DNA of 38,730 nucleotides from positions 1-38,730 of IMG/VR virus record IMGVR_UViG_3300017653_000202; one strand, written 5' to 3'. The DNA comes from a virus (lineage: Duplodnaviria > Caudoviricetes). The position numbers and the translations under genes were made by a program. How positions within the stretch are numbered: position 1 is the first letter of the stretch; each line of letters starts with the position of its first letter. Below are positions 18,359 through 27,019 of this stretch, piece after piece. Under the pieces are notes generated by a model. It was not told the origin of the DNA. It saw only the letters and a list, made by a program, of their open reading frames with translations, and did not search any database.

Positions 18359-19654
18359 CTAGGCGCGGGCAGCGAGGGTGACGAAATGGCTCTTGGTCGC
18401 CGAGCTGTTCGGCGGGGTGATGGCCGACTCCAGCAGCGGCCGGCCACCGATCTCGAAGGTCCAGCGGAAGGCCGTCATGTTGTAGTCGAAGTAGAGATGC
18501 GCCGATGTGGCGAACTCCGGACCAGCCGTCCGCTGGATGCCGCCGTAGCCGGCCGGGTTGACGAGGATCAGGTCGCCGACGTCGCCGACGGTGTCGGCGT
18601 GCTCGCTGTTGTAGAGCGGCCGGCCATACAGCAGCCCGCCTGGAGCCGCGTCGCCAGCGAGGCCGTTCGGAGCGAGGTAGACCGGCTGATTGCCGATCGT
18701 CATCGTCAGCAGCTCCGGCATGACATCGTCGTTCGCGATCCAGAAGCCGTTGCCGCCCTGCTTGATCAGGCGCGAGACCATCTTGGCGACATTCTTCGCG
18801 ACGACCGAGTCGGCAGCCTGGCCGGACTCCTTTGCGACCTCGACGGCCACGCCACTGGTCAAGATGCCGAGTGGCTGACCGGCGCCGGTGCCACGGATGA
18901 TCGCTTCGACAATGGTCCAGACGATCGCTTCCGAGGCCTTCGTGGTCAGCCGGTCGTTCAGCTGAGACGCATCGCGCAGCAGCTCATTGGTCGCCACGAC
19001 GAAGGCATACAACTGATCGGTCTCGATCGTCCGCTTCTTGATACCGAACGACGAGGCGGTCATCTGCGTCGCCTCAGCGCGCCACTTGGCGACAACGCCA
19101 GTCGCGCCCCACGGAGTCGTCTGGTCGGCCAGCAGCTCGACCCGGCCGGACTCGGTCGGCGAGAAGGTGAACTGGGCCAGCAGCGGATCGTCCCAGACGA
19201 GCTGGAAGATCTCCTGGCGGAACTCGGCTGGAATCATGAAGCCCTCGCCGTTCGCGCCGCCACGCTCCATGTAGCCGGTCGGTGCCGCTCCGATGCGCAG
19301 CCGCTCGTCGATCGAGCCACCCGGCGACATCGCCGAGCGCACGGCCAGTGCGAAGTCACCGAAGCCAGAGAAGGCCTGACGCGGGTCGTCCTCGCGCCGG
19401 TCATGGACGTTGCTGATCCGTGCCGAGGTGGCCGGGACGACGTCGCGGCTACCGGCCGCAGCGGTCTGGCGCTGCTCGTCGCGGACAACCTCGTGTCGCG
19501 CGATCGCGGCCTTGACGACCTTCAGTCGCGACTCGGCCGCGTCGAAGTCCGCCTGCTGTTCGGCGGTCAGCTCGGACGTACCAGCCGCAGCGATGATGCT
19601 CTCCATCTTCGCGACCAGGTCGGCCCGTTCCTGCAGAAGTGCCTGATACTCCAT
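18359..19654 (-). CDS. Major capsid protein, HK97 fold with N-terminal delta domain
   Basis: ATG at 19654 with AGGAGG RBS; GFMIPAEF, GTGAGQPLGIL, LYGRP and SHFVTLAAR motifs. Confidence 0.95.
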   Translation of the reverse strand: MEYQALLQERADLVAKMESIIAAAGTSELTAEQQADFDAAESRLKVVKAAIARHEVVRDEQRQTAAAGSRDVVPATSARISNVHDRREDDPRQAFSGFGDFALAVRSAMSPGGSIDERLRIGAAPTGYMERGGANGEGFMIPAEFRQEIFQLVWDDPLLAQFTFSPTESGRVELLADQTTPWGATGVVAKWRAEATQMTASSFGIKKRTIETDQLYAFVVATNELLRDASQLNDRLTTKASEAIVWTIVEAIIRGTGAGQPLGILTSGVAVEVAKESGQAADSVVAKNVAKMVSRLIKQGGNGFWIANDDVMPELLTMTIGNQPVYLAPNGLAGDAAPGGLLYGRPLYNSEHADTVGDVGDLILVNPAGYGGIQRTAGPEFATSAHLYFDYNMTAFRWTFEIGGRPLLESAITPPNSSATKSHFVTLAARA

Positions 19655-19674
19655 CGTGTCGTTCCTCCTGAGCA

Positions 19675-19702
19675 CAACAAAACCGGCTCACACGAGCCGG
19701 CT
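19675..19702 (-). terminator. Intra-operon terminator directly upstream of the capsid RBS
   Basis: AGCCGGCTC-GTGT-GAGCCGGTT followed by TTGTTG; preceded by CGATAGC. Confidence 0.65.
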
Positions 19703-19735
19703 GCTATCGAGTTGGACGTGACGCCTGGCTGCTGG

Positions 19736-20722
19736 CTATCCCTCCAGTTCGGCGCGCGCCAGCCGCGCCGCCAGTCGAGCGCGCTCCGTCGCGGATCCAC
19801 GTGTCCCGGCACCACGAGATCCAGTCGAGCGACCGGCCGGCTTGCGGCCTGACAGCCTGGACAGCGTCGCGTCCAGCGTTTCGACCCGATCGGCCATCCC
19901 GAGCCGGACTGCCTCCTGTGCACCAACGACCCGGCCCTCACCGAAGCCGTTGCGGACGTCGTTCGCCTTCACGCCGCGGTGCTTCGCGACGGCCGAGACG
20001 AACATGTCGTAGTAGTCGTTGATGCGTGCCTGGATGGCGTCACGGGCTTCGTCGCTCAACGGTTCGTAGGGGTTGCCCTCGACCTTGAACTTGCCGGCCG
20101 AGATCAGCGTGTACTTCTGCCCGGTCTGCTCATGCCACCCGGACAGATCCACATGTGCCCCGAAGACGCCGATACTGCCAACCTCGCCGGATGGGGTCAC
20201 GACCAGCTCGTCGGCGGCCGTCCCGATCCAGTAGGCAGCCGAGGCCGCGAGGCTGTTGGCGTGCGCGATGATCGGCTTCTGGCCGCGCGCCGCATAGATC
20301 TCCTCAGCCAGCTCGGCGACGCCGTTAACCGCACCGCCCGGCGAGTCGACCTCCAGCACGATGGCGCCGATCGACTCGTCGGCGACGAGCGCTCGGAACT
20401 CCTTCGTCAACCGCTCGGTGCTGGTCCCGCCGGACATCGCCGTCATCAGGTCGAGTCGCTGCGCGATCACCCCGTAGACCGGCAGGACCGCGATCGAGCC
20501 GGAGACGCGCCCCATCGGCTTACTGGCTGCACCGATCCGCGCCTGGATCTCCTCGGCCGAGAAGCGCACGCCGCTCGATCGCAGGTTGACCAGTTCGATG
20601 ATCTGCGCCAGCTTGTCGGCGGTGATGGCCCACGGCGTCGACGCGATCGCGTGCCGGATGTGGGGGAACGCGGTCGCGTCGATGGCCTTGAAGGTCTCCG
20701 CGTCGTTGATCTCAGGCTCCAT
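19736..20722 (-). CDS. S49/SppA-family prohead protease
   Basis: VDSPGG, AASAAYWIG, GSIGV and SAGKFK motifs; between portal and capsid. Confidence 0.92.
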   Translation of the reverse strand: MEPEINDAETFKAIDATAFPHIRHAIASTPWAITADKLAQIIELVNLRSSGVRFSAEEIQARIGAASKPMGRVSGSIAVLPVYGVIAQRLDLMTAMSGGTSTERLTKEFRALVADESIGAIVLEVDSPGGAVNGVAELAEEIYAARGQKPIIAHANSLAASAAYWIGTAADELVVTPSGEVGSIGVFGAHVDLSGWHEQTGQKYTLISAGKFKVEGNPYEPLSDEARDAIQARINDYYDMFVSAVAKHRGVKANDVRNGFGEGRVVGAQEAVRLGMADRVETLDATLSRLSGRKPAGRSTGSRGAGTRGSATERARLAARLARAELEG

Positions 20723-21935
20723 TCTCGGAGGCCTCCTCACGTTCCGGCTCGCCCGCCGGTGTCATGTTCATCGGCTTGAGCAGCTCGTCACCGCCCTCGA
20801 TCGGGTTCATGTTCTCCTTGCCGCGCGCCTCATTCGCCGTCATGATCGGCCCCTGGACCGCCTTCGCGTACGCCTCGTAACGCGTCTTGGTGTCGCCGCG
20901 CAGCAGGGCATCGAAGAGGACCTCGGCGTAGTAGCGCTTGCGCTCCTCCGGCCGGATCAGTTTGGTGAGGATCAGCAGCTCCAGCCGCCGTGCCCACGGC
21001 AGCAGCGTGTCGGTGACGTGCTCCAGCGACTGATGCTCGATGTTCGAGAACGTGGCCCGCTCCAGGTCGCCGATCTTGTGCGGCTTGACCCCGAACCAGG
21101 ACGCGATCTCGCTGCGCTGGAACTTGCGCGTCTCCAGGAACTGCGCGTCCTCGCTCGTCATCCCGACCTGTTCCCAGCTCAACCCCTCTTCCAGGAAGAG
21201 CGTCTTGCCGGCGTTGGACGCGCCGCGGTGCTCATCCTCGATCTGTGCGATCAAGCGCTCCTGCGCCTGTTTGGAGAGGTTCGAGGGATGCTTCAAAACG
21301 CCGCTCGGTCGCGCGCCGTTGGCGAACAGCTTCGAGCCGTAGCGCTCGGTCGCCCGCGCCAGACCGAGCGAGTTGCGCGCCTGCGTCACGATCGACATGC
21401 CGACCAGCCCGTCGTTGGACCGACCACGCAGGTGGAACATCTCATCCTGCAGCAGGATTCGCTTCGAGCCGTCCTGTTCGAGGACCTCGTAGATGATCGA
21501 GTAGTTGCGGCCCCACTTCGGTGTAACCCGCGTCGGGTGGATCGGAATGAGCTGATCGACCGCGCCACGCCGGCCGGGGATGATCTCCGAATAGCCGTTG
21601 CCTCGCAGCACCGCATGACCCAGCATCATCTCGACCCATTCGAGGATCGTCTGAAACGAGTTGGGCTGGACGTGCAGGAGGTCATAGAGCGGGTGATTGG
21701 CTGCCCGGTCCTTGCCACCGCCGTCGAGTCGCTCATAGAGGATGATCGGCATACTGGCGAGCCCGGTCGCGATCACGCCGGTGCAAGCCCAGACCGTCGA
21801 GATCTCCATCGATGAGTCGGCCGTAACGGCGATCCCCGCGTCCGACTGGCTACCCGCCGAGGCCCACCAGCGCTGGTCATTGGCGTCGCGGATCGCATCC
21901 TGTGTCGACGCCATCATTCGCTGAAAGAACCCCAT
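20712..21935 (-). CDS. HK97-family portal protein
   Basis: VWAC..IA, HPLYDLLHVQPN, LRGNGY, FANGARPSGVL, ATFSNIEHQ and MTANEAR motifs; start trimmed to the ATG at 21935. Confidence 0.95.
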   Translation of the reverse strand: MGFFQRMMASTQDAIRDANDQRWWASAGSQSDAGIAVTADSSMEISTVWACTGVIATGLASMPIILYERLDGGGKDRAANHPLYDLLHVQPNSFQTILEWVEMMLGHAVLRGNGYSEIIPGRRGAVDQLIPIHPTRVTPKWGRNYSIIYEVLEQDGSKRILLQDEMFHLRGRSNDGLVGMSIVTQARNSLGLARATERYGSKLFANGARPSGVLKHPSNLSKQAQERLIAQIEDEHRGASNAGKTLFLEEGLSWEQVGMTSEDAQFLETRKFQRSEIASWFGVKPHKIGDLERATFSNIEHQSLEHVTDTLLPWARRLELLILTKLIRPEERKRYYAEVLFDALLRGDTKTRYEAYAKAVQGPIMTANEARGKENMNPIEGGDELLKPMNMTPAGEPEREEASENGA

Positions 21936-22186
21936 TACTGCCGGCCCTTCGTCGGCCAACTCCCGCGCGTGCCGTAGCCGAGCAGCAGTGTGCCAATCAC
22001 GATCAGTGAGGCAGCCGGTAGTAGCATCCAGAGGCCAGTCGCCAGGAGCGTCATCCCGCTCATGATCGCGACGTCGGCCAGGTCGAATGTCCGCCAGACC
22101 GCCAGGCACATGCGACCGGCGATCACTGAGACCACCAGGAACATTCGACCGGCAACGCGTCCGGCTCGCTGCATGACTCGCTTCAT
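21935..22186 (-). CDS. Small membrane protein between terL and portal
   Basis: Hydrophobic helices; overlaps both neighbouring genes; a usual occupant of this position in HK97-like phages. Confidence 0.7.
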   Translation of the reverse strand: MKRVMQRAGRVAGRMFLVVSVIAGRMCLAVWRTFDLADVAIMSGMTLLATGLWMLLPAASLIVIGTLLLGYGTRGSWPTKGRQ

Positions 22187-23937
22187 AGCCCGAGGAATCC
22201 CCGCTCTTCGTAGATCGACGTTGTCGACGCCGCCTGCTGGTGGACGATCAACCGCGCGATCGCCATCACGGCCGCGACGATCCCGTCGATGCGACCGCTC
22301 GACTTCTTCTTCACCGGCCGGATACTGTCGTTCGGCCCTCGCTCGATCGCGACATTCGCGGCCATCCAGCGCAGGACCGGGTTGCCACCGTGACGGAGCT
22401 TCCCGCCCCGGACCAGCGCCTCCAGCTCCTTCGACGGCTCCGAGAGGTCTTTGAAGCCCTGTCCCAGCGGCACCATCGTCGCGCCCGCGCTGCCGAGCTG
22501 CACCGCGAGCTGCGTCGCGTTCCAGGTGTCGTACGGAATCTCGACGACGTCGTACTCCTGGCTGAAGGCCTCGATCTCTTCCCGGACGGCGTCATAGTCT
22601 GTCACGTTGCCGAGCGTCGCAGTGATGTAGCCCGCCTCGATCCACTCGCGATAGGGGACACCGTCCCGCTTCGCCTTCAGATCGAGGTCGTCCTCCGGCA
22701 TCCAGAACCGGCAGACCAGTTGCACGCTGCCATCGTCGCCAGGGAAGACGGCCACGAACGCCGACAAGTCCGATGTCCGCGACAGGTCCAGCCCGGCAAA
22801 GCAGCTCATGCCCTGCAGAGCCTCGATGTCGACTGGTTCGCTGCAGGCGTCCCACTGGTCCATATCGAGCCAGCGTTCGGCCTGCTCGACCCACTGGTTA
22901 CAGCGCTTGCGGCGGAACTCATTCTGCTCGCGCGGGATCCGTTCGGCGCGCTGGCAAGCCCGCTCCAGGTCGGCCAGCTTGACCGAGATCCCGAGGTTCG
23001 GGTTGGCCTTGATCCAGACTGACCGGTCGTTCCAGCGATCCTTCTCGTCGATCCGGGCGACGTAGGCGAAGACCGCGTCGTCCTGTCCGATGCCGCGTAG
23101 GATGTTCTGGACATCACGGTCCAGCATCGCGCAGGCACCGGCGGCGTTGTAGCCGGCCGTCGTCGTGTAGACCATCATCGGCTGACGACGGGCGCCGGTC
23201 CCGGACTCCAGCACGTCGGCCAGCTCACCGGTTGGGTGCGCGTGGTACTCGTCGATGATCGCGCCATGCGGGTTAAGCCCGTCGAGCGTCTCCGGCTCAT
23301 TGGCCTTCGGCTCGAACTTCTGAGCCGTCGACTCTCGCGACAGGTTCTTCGTGAAGGCCTGGATCCGGCTCCTGAGCGCCGGCGACTTGCGCACCATGCG
23401 CTTCGCCTCGGCCCAGCAGATCTTCGCCTGGCTCTCGGTAGTTGCCGCTGAGTAGACCTCGGCGCCCGGCTCGCCGTCGAAGAACGCTAGGTACAGCCCG
23501 ATCCCGGCCGCAAGCTGGGTTTTCCCGTTCTTGCGGGCGACCGACAAATAGGCCGTCCGGAACCGCCGGTACCACTCGCCACTCTCCTGGTCGAGCATCT
23601 TCCACCCGAACAGCGAGCCGACGATGAATACCTGCCAGTCCGCCAGCTCGAATGGACGGCCGGCCCACTCGCCCTTCGAGTGCCGCAGGAACCCGAAAAA
23701 GCTCAGCGCGTGGTCAGCGGCATCGGTGTCGAACCACAGCCCGCGCTCGTGGCCCTTGAAGAGATCCTCAATGTGCCGCTCACAGGCCAGCCGGACCAGC
23801 TCGCCGGCAACGATCTGACCGCCGGCGACAGCGAGTGCGTAGCGCGTGACGGGATGATCGAACGCGTCGTCGAGCGAGCTACTGTCCGGGGACCGACCGC
23901 TGCCGTTCCCAGGCGTCGAATGGATCTCGCTCATCAT
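22183..23937 (-). CDS. terL: Terminase large subunit
   Basis: Walker A VARKNGKT, Walker B IIDEYH, TTTAG, nuclease GLDLS..D and RIDGIVA motifs. Confidence 0.97.
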   Translation of the reverse strand: MMSEIHSTPGNGSGRSPDSSSLDDAFDHPVTRYALAVAGGQIVAGELVRLACERHIEDLFKGHERGLWFDTDAADHALSFFGFLRHSKGEWAGRPFELADWQVFIVGSLFGWKMLDQESGEWYRRFRTAYLSVARKNGKTQLAAGIGLYLAFFDGEPGAEVYSAATTESQAKICWAEAKRMVRKSPALRSRIQAFTKNLSRESTAQKFEPKANEPETLDGLNPHGAIIDEYHAHPTGELADVLESGTGARRQPMMVYTTTAGYNAAGACAMLDRDVQNILRGIGQDDAVFAYVARIDEKDRWNDRSVWIKANPNLGISVKLADLERACQRAERIPREQNEFRRKRCNQWVEQAERWLDMDQWDACSEPVDIEALQGMSCFAGLDLSRTSDLSAFVAVFPGDDGSVQLVCRFWMPEDDLDLKAKRDGVPYREWIEAGYITATLGNVTDYDAVREEIEAFSQEYDVVEIPYDTWNATQLAVQLGSAGATMVPLGQGFKDLSEPSKELEALVRGGKLRHGGNPVLRWMAANVAIERGPNDSIRPVKKKSSGRIDGIVAAVMAIARLIVHQQAASTTSIYEERGFLGL

Positions 23938-24379
23938 CCGTCGTCGCTTTCGGCACCTGCACCCGGCCCCGCGCCGACGGCGTCATTCCGAACTGCTGCA
24001 TCATCAGCGCCGTCCGCCGCCAGGCATCGGCCGCGATCGCGACTTCGGGCCGCTGCCGGACCATCGTCACTCCGGTCTTCACATTGACCGACTCATACGT
24101 CGGTCCATTCGCTGTGATCGTCTCGGACGCCGAGACATATAGCGCGTAGGCTTCGCACAGCAGTGCGAAAGAGTGGACATCGGCCGTCGTCAGCAATCCC
24201 ATGTCGATCAGCGTCGGCGCGAGGTTCTCCCAAGCTGCCTGGCCCGCCTGGCTCAGCCAGTTTGGGTAGGAGATCGTCCCCTCCGGCGGCACCGGCTCCG
24301 CATCGTTGCGACGATCCGACCGGTCGGTCCCATGCAGCCGCTTCAACTCCGTCGGCTTCGGAGGACGTCCGGCTGGCAT
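23879..24379 (-). CDS. terS: Terminase small subunit, P27 family
   Basis: GRPPKPTELKRLHG and FGMTPSAR motifs. Confidence 0.93.
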   Translation of the reverse strand: MPAGRPPKPTELKRLHGTDRSDRRNDAEPVPPEGTISYPNWLSQAGQAAWENLAPTLIDMGLLTTADVHSFALLCEAYALYVSASETITANGPTYESVNVKTGVTMVRQRPEVAIAADAWRRTALMMQQFGMTPSARGRVQVPKATTDDERDPFDAWERQRSVPGQ

Positions 24380-24446
24380 GATTCACACCCGTTCGTTGGC
24401 GCTTGGGGTCAGTTATCATCGGCGTAGCAATCAGGAGGAGTTAGAA

Positions 24447-24668
24447 GTGCCAGACATCAAGCTGGAATCAACCATCACCTGCCCCTTCTGTGGATTCTCC
24501 AAGACGGAGGAGATGCCTGAGGCGAGCTGAGTGGTGTTCTATACGTGTCTTCAGTGTGGAGAACGGTTGCGACCCCTTGATCACGACTGCTGTGTCTTCT
24601 GTTCCTTCGGATCAGAGCACTGCCCCGGCATGCAACGCGCGTCCACGTCAGTCGAGCCACCAACGTAG
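24447..24668 (+). CDS. GDCCVxC-family small Cys-rich protein with in-frame UGA (probable selenoprotein, 73 aa)
   Basis: AGGAGGAG RBS. Translation MPDIKLESTITCPFCGFSKTEEMPEAS-U-VVFYTCLQCGERLRPLDHDCCVFCSFGSEHCPGMQRASTSVEPPT. TGA at 24528-24530 occupies a family Cys position. Confidence 0.8.
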
Positions 24669-24698
24669 CCCGAGCCAACCTGACACTTTTTCCTCCTG

Positions 24699-24780
24699 AA
24701 TTTTGACGGCGTGTAAAGAAGGCTGGGCGGCGGTCTACGGGGGCCTCAGATTACAGAAATCGCGACCCGCCCCGCCCTCG
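24699..24780 (-). other. cos region; candidate 3' overhang CGCCGCCCAG (24732-24723)
   Basis: Between HNH and terS; resembles the HK97-type cos core, flanked by GGGGCGGGTC..ATTTCT and TTTACACGCCGTCAAAATT. Confidence 0.6.
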
Positions 24781-24804
24781 TCGACCTCGCCGGCCGTCGC
24801 TCGG

Positions 24805-25131
24805 TCAAAACTTGCGCGAACCGTCCCGCGCCGTCTTCTTACCGTGACACGAGCGACATAACGCTTGCAGGTTCTCGCGAGCGTGCGTCCCACCCTGCCG
24901 CAGCGGCGTGATGTGGTCCACCATCGACGACGGCTCGCCGCACTTCCGACAGCACGGCTCCTCAGCCAGCACGATCGCCCTGATCGTCTGCCACTCGCCG
25001 TTGTACCCACGCGCCGCAGCGCTCGGCCGACGGTCCCGCATCACTCGGCGAGGGTGCGCCGGACAGTAGCCAGACGTCGCGAGTGCCGCGCACCCTGGGT
25101 GGCGACACGGCTTCAGTGGTGCGCGTGGCAT
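24805..25131 (-). CDS. Packaging-associated HNH endonuclease (gp74-like)
   Basis: KPCRHPGC..YCPAH, RGY..W, VDHITP and NLQALCRSCHGKKT motifs. Confidence 0.93.
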   Translation of the reverse strand: MPRAPLKPCRHPGCAALATSGYCPAHPRRVMRDRRPSAAARGYNGEWQTIRAIVLAEEPCCRKCGEPSSMVDHITPLRQGGTHARENLQALCRSCHGKKTARDGSRKF

Positions 25132-25148
25132 TGATTCACCTCAGAGCG

Positions 25149-25221
25149 TGGAGGAGATGGGCGGGATCGAACCGCCGGCCTGACCGCTGACACACGTAGA
25201 GGTCGGCTGCCTGTCATCTCC
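25149..25221 (-). ncRNA. 73-nt tRNA-like RNA resembling the tmRNA tRNA-like domain
   Basis: Acceptor stem GGAGATG/CATCTCC, then T and CCA; T arm GGCGG-TTCGATC-CCGCC; no D stem and no 7-nt anticodon loop. Confidence 0.75.
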
Positions 25222-25330
25222 AGACACGACGACGCCTCGCTCGGACAGGGGGCTGCCAGCGAGGCGTGCCAGATATTCTCAGCATAGCTGATCGAAGATA
25301 GCGACTCTGGCATTCGCACATTTCATACAG

Positions 25331-25546
25331 CTATTCCGCGCGAAATGCCTCGCCGCGATCGGCCGTCCACGGGCAGGCCCAGCCTTCGCCAGCACAGACC
25401 CACTCGTGGACGTCGGCCGCTTCCATGAACGCCGAGTGCCGATCGATCACCATGCGGAAGATCGTCTGCCGGGCAGCCCGTGCCAGATCCGCGCCCTCGA
25501 AGGCATGGGTGTAGAGGCCCGTCAATGGATCATGAGTCGTCGTCAT
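25331..25546 (-). CDS. Hypothetical protein (71 aa)
   Basis: GAGGTG RBS just after the recombinase stop. Confidence 0.55.
   Translation of the reverse strand: MTTTHDPLTGLYTHAFEGADLARAARQTIFRMVIDRHSAFMEAADVHEWVCAGEGWACPWTADRGEAFRAE
25333..25346. promoter_or_regulatory. Palindrome ATTCCGCGCGAAAT, parS/NBS-like site 3
   Basis: Reverse complement of sites 2 and 4; lies at the 3' end of the small ORF. Confidence 0.7.
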
Positions 25547-25554
25547 CCAGCACC

Positions 25555-26487
25555 TCAGAACTTCAGCAGGCTGGCTGCGCGTCGCTTGGCCCGATCACCG
25601 CGACGGTCGTACCGGCCGGTCGTGGCCGGGTTGGCGTGGCCCATCATCCCCTGCACCGTCACCAGGTCGACGCCAGCGTCAAGCATGTCTCCGGCGAACG
25701 TCCGCCGCAGATCGTGCGGCGTGAATGGCTCAATGCCCGCCAGCTCGCCCCGACGTCGCAGGATCAGCAGGATCGCCTGCCCGGTCAGCCGTCGATCGGA
25801 CAGTCGGCCCGACTTCAGGATCGGCACGAACAGCGGGCCAGGCGCGGATCCCCGCACCTCGAACCACGCCCGCAGCGCCGGGAGCGCTGCATCGGGCAGG
25901 AACAGGCTGCGCTCCTTGTCGCCCTTGCCTCGCACCCGGAATGCTCCGTCGACCGGGTCGAAGTCGGCGACGTCGAGCGCCGAGGCCTCGGCACGTCTGG
26001 CGCCAGTCCCGTAGAGGACCGCGATCAACGCTCGATCGCGACGTCCGGCCGGATCGTCGCCGCAGCTCGAGAACAGCGCCGAGATCTCGCCCGCCGACAG
26101 CGATCGCCCAGCCGGCAACGTCGAGCCACGCACGTTGGGCACGTCGACCGCGCGCCGGTAGTCCTCGGCCGTCAGCAACCCGAGCCGCCAGGCCTCCTCC
26201 AGCACCCCGCGCAACGCCGACAGGTGCCGGTTCGCCGTCGCCGGCGCATAGGTCTCGGCGAGCTGCTGCCGGATGAGCTGGGTGTGCTGATAGCGGAGGC
26301 CCTGCCAGGGCATTGAGAGCGCGTCGGCACCGGCTGCCAGTGCCGCGATCGTGTCGAGTGAGTGGCGCATCGTCCGCCGGCTACCGCTGGCGAGACGGCC
26401 GAGGTAGACCGCTGCGGGGTTCCGGTCGCGAGGGAGAGTCGATAGGTTGCTGAAATGACCATTCTCACTACGAACCAGATCGCTCAT
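25555..26487 (-). CDS. Second tyrosine recombinase (resolvase-like)
   Basis: NPAAVYL..L..GSRRTM, GARRAE, GKGDK, PHDLRRT, MGH and GRYD motifs; ATG at 26487 overlaps the upstream stop. Confidence 0.92.
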   Translation of the reverse strand: MSDLVRSENGHFSNLSTLPRDRNPAAVYLGRLASGSRRTMRHSLDTIAALAAGADALSMPWQGLRYQHTQLIRQQLAETYAPATANRHLSALRGVLEEAWRLGLLTAEDYRRAVDVPNVRGSTLPAGRSLSAGEISALFSSCGDDPAGRRDRALIAVLYGTGARRAEASALDVADFDPVDGAFRVRGKGDKERSLFLPDAALPALRAWFEVRGSAPGPLFVPILKSGRLSDRRLTGQAILLILRRRGELAGIEPFTPHDLRRTFAGDMLDAGVDLVTVQGMMGHANPATTGRYDRRGDRAKRRAASLLKF

Positions 26488-26921
26488 CCGGGACCCTCGA
26501 TCCGCCTCCGCCGGAACCATCCGTCCCAATTCCCGTCCCAGCCGAGGTAGTGAGCGATCCACGCGATCCCGTCGATGTCCGCGCGCCGGATCGTCTCCCA
26601 GTCGTAGCCCAGCTCGCGCGCCAGACTCGTGATCGTTGGCGGCTTGTCACCAGCCGTCTGATTCGGCCGCGGAACGTTCAGCCCAAACACCACCTGGTAG
26701 TGCACCTCCGACGTCGCCCGCAGCGCTTCGAGGGCCATGATGAGGTCAGCCTTGATGCAGACGGCCGTCTCCATCGACCAGCGTCCGGAGGGGTTGCGCT
26801 TCTCTTCGGAGTGGATGCGGTGTTGCGGGAGGATCTCGCCGGAGGTAACGGCGAGCTGGCGAAGCTCCTGTCGAATGCGCCAGGGGGAGTAGAACGACTC
26901 CGGCAGGGACGGTGAGGCCAC
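26484..26921 (-). CDS. Putative late transcription activator with sigma region-4/ArpU-like C-terminal HTH
   Basis: TITSLARELGYDWETIRR..IAHYL. GTG at 26921 has a GGAGAGGT RBS; the ORF-track start at 26978 lacks one. Confidence 0.6.
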   Translation of the reverse strand: MASPSLPESFYSPWRIRQELRQLAVTSGEILPQHRIHSEEKRNPSGRWSMETAVCIKADLIMALEALRATSEVHYQVVFGLNVPRPNQTAGDKPPTITSLARELGYDWETIRRADIDGIAWIAHYLGWDGNWDGWFRRRRIEGPG

Positions 26922-26925
26922 GGGT

Positions 26926-27003
26926 ACCACCTCTCCAGGCTCGCCGAAACGAGCGTGAATCAGGTGGCCTATCGCCACGATCAGGACGGGCGCGGGCTAT
27001 CCC
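26926..27003 (-). promoter_or_regulatory. Leader element copy 2: GGGATAGCC-N17-TGGCGATAGGCCACC plus RBS-occluding hairpin
   Basis: Same conserved blocks and spacing as 27300-27340; GCCACCT pairs with AGGTGGT over the RBS. Confidence 0.7.
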
Positions 27004-27019
27004 CGGCCGAATGACACGA

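Noticed and set aside
25149-25221. Canonical tRNA, tRNA-Sec or simple attP fragment
   Set aside because: No D arm, anticodon loop or long variable arm. The matching 5' acceptor strand is present, which a 3' att fragment would lack.
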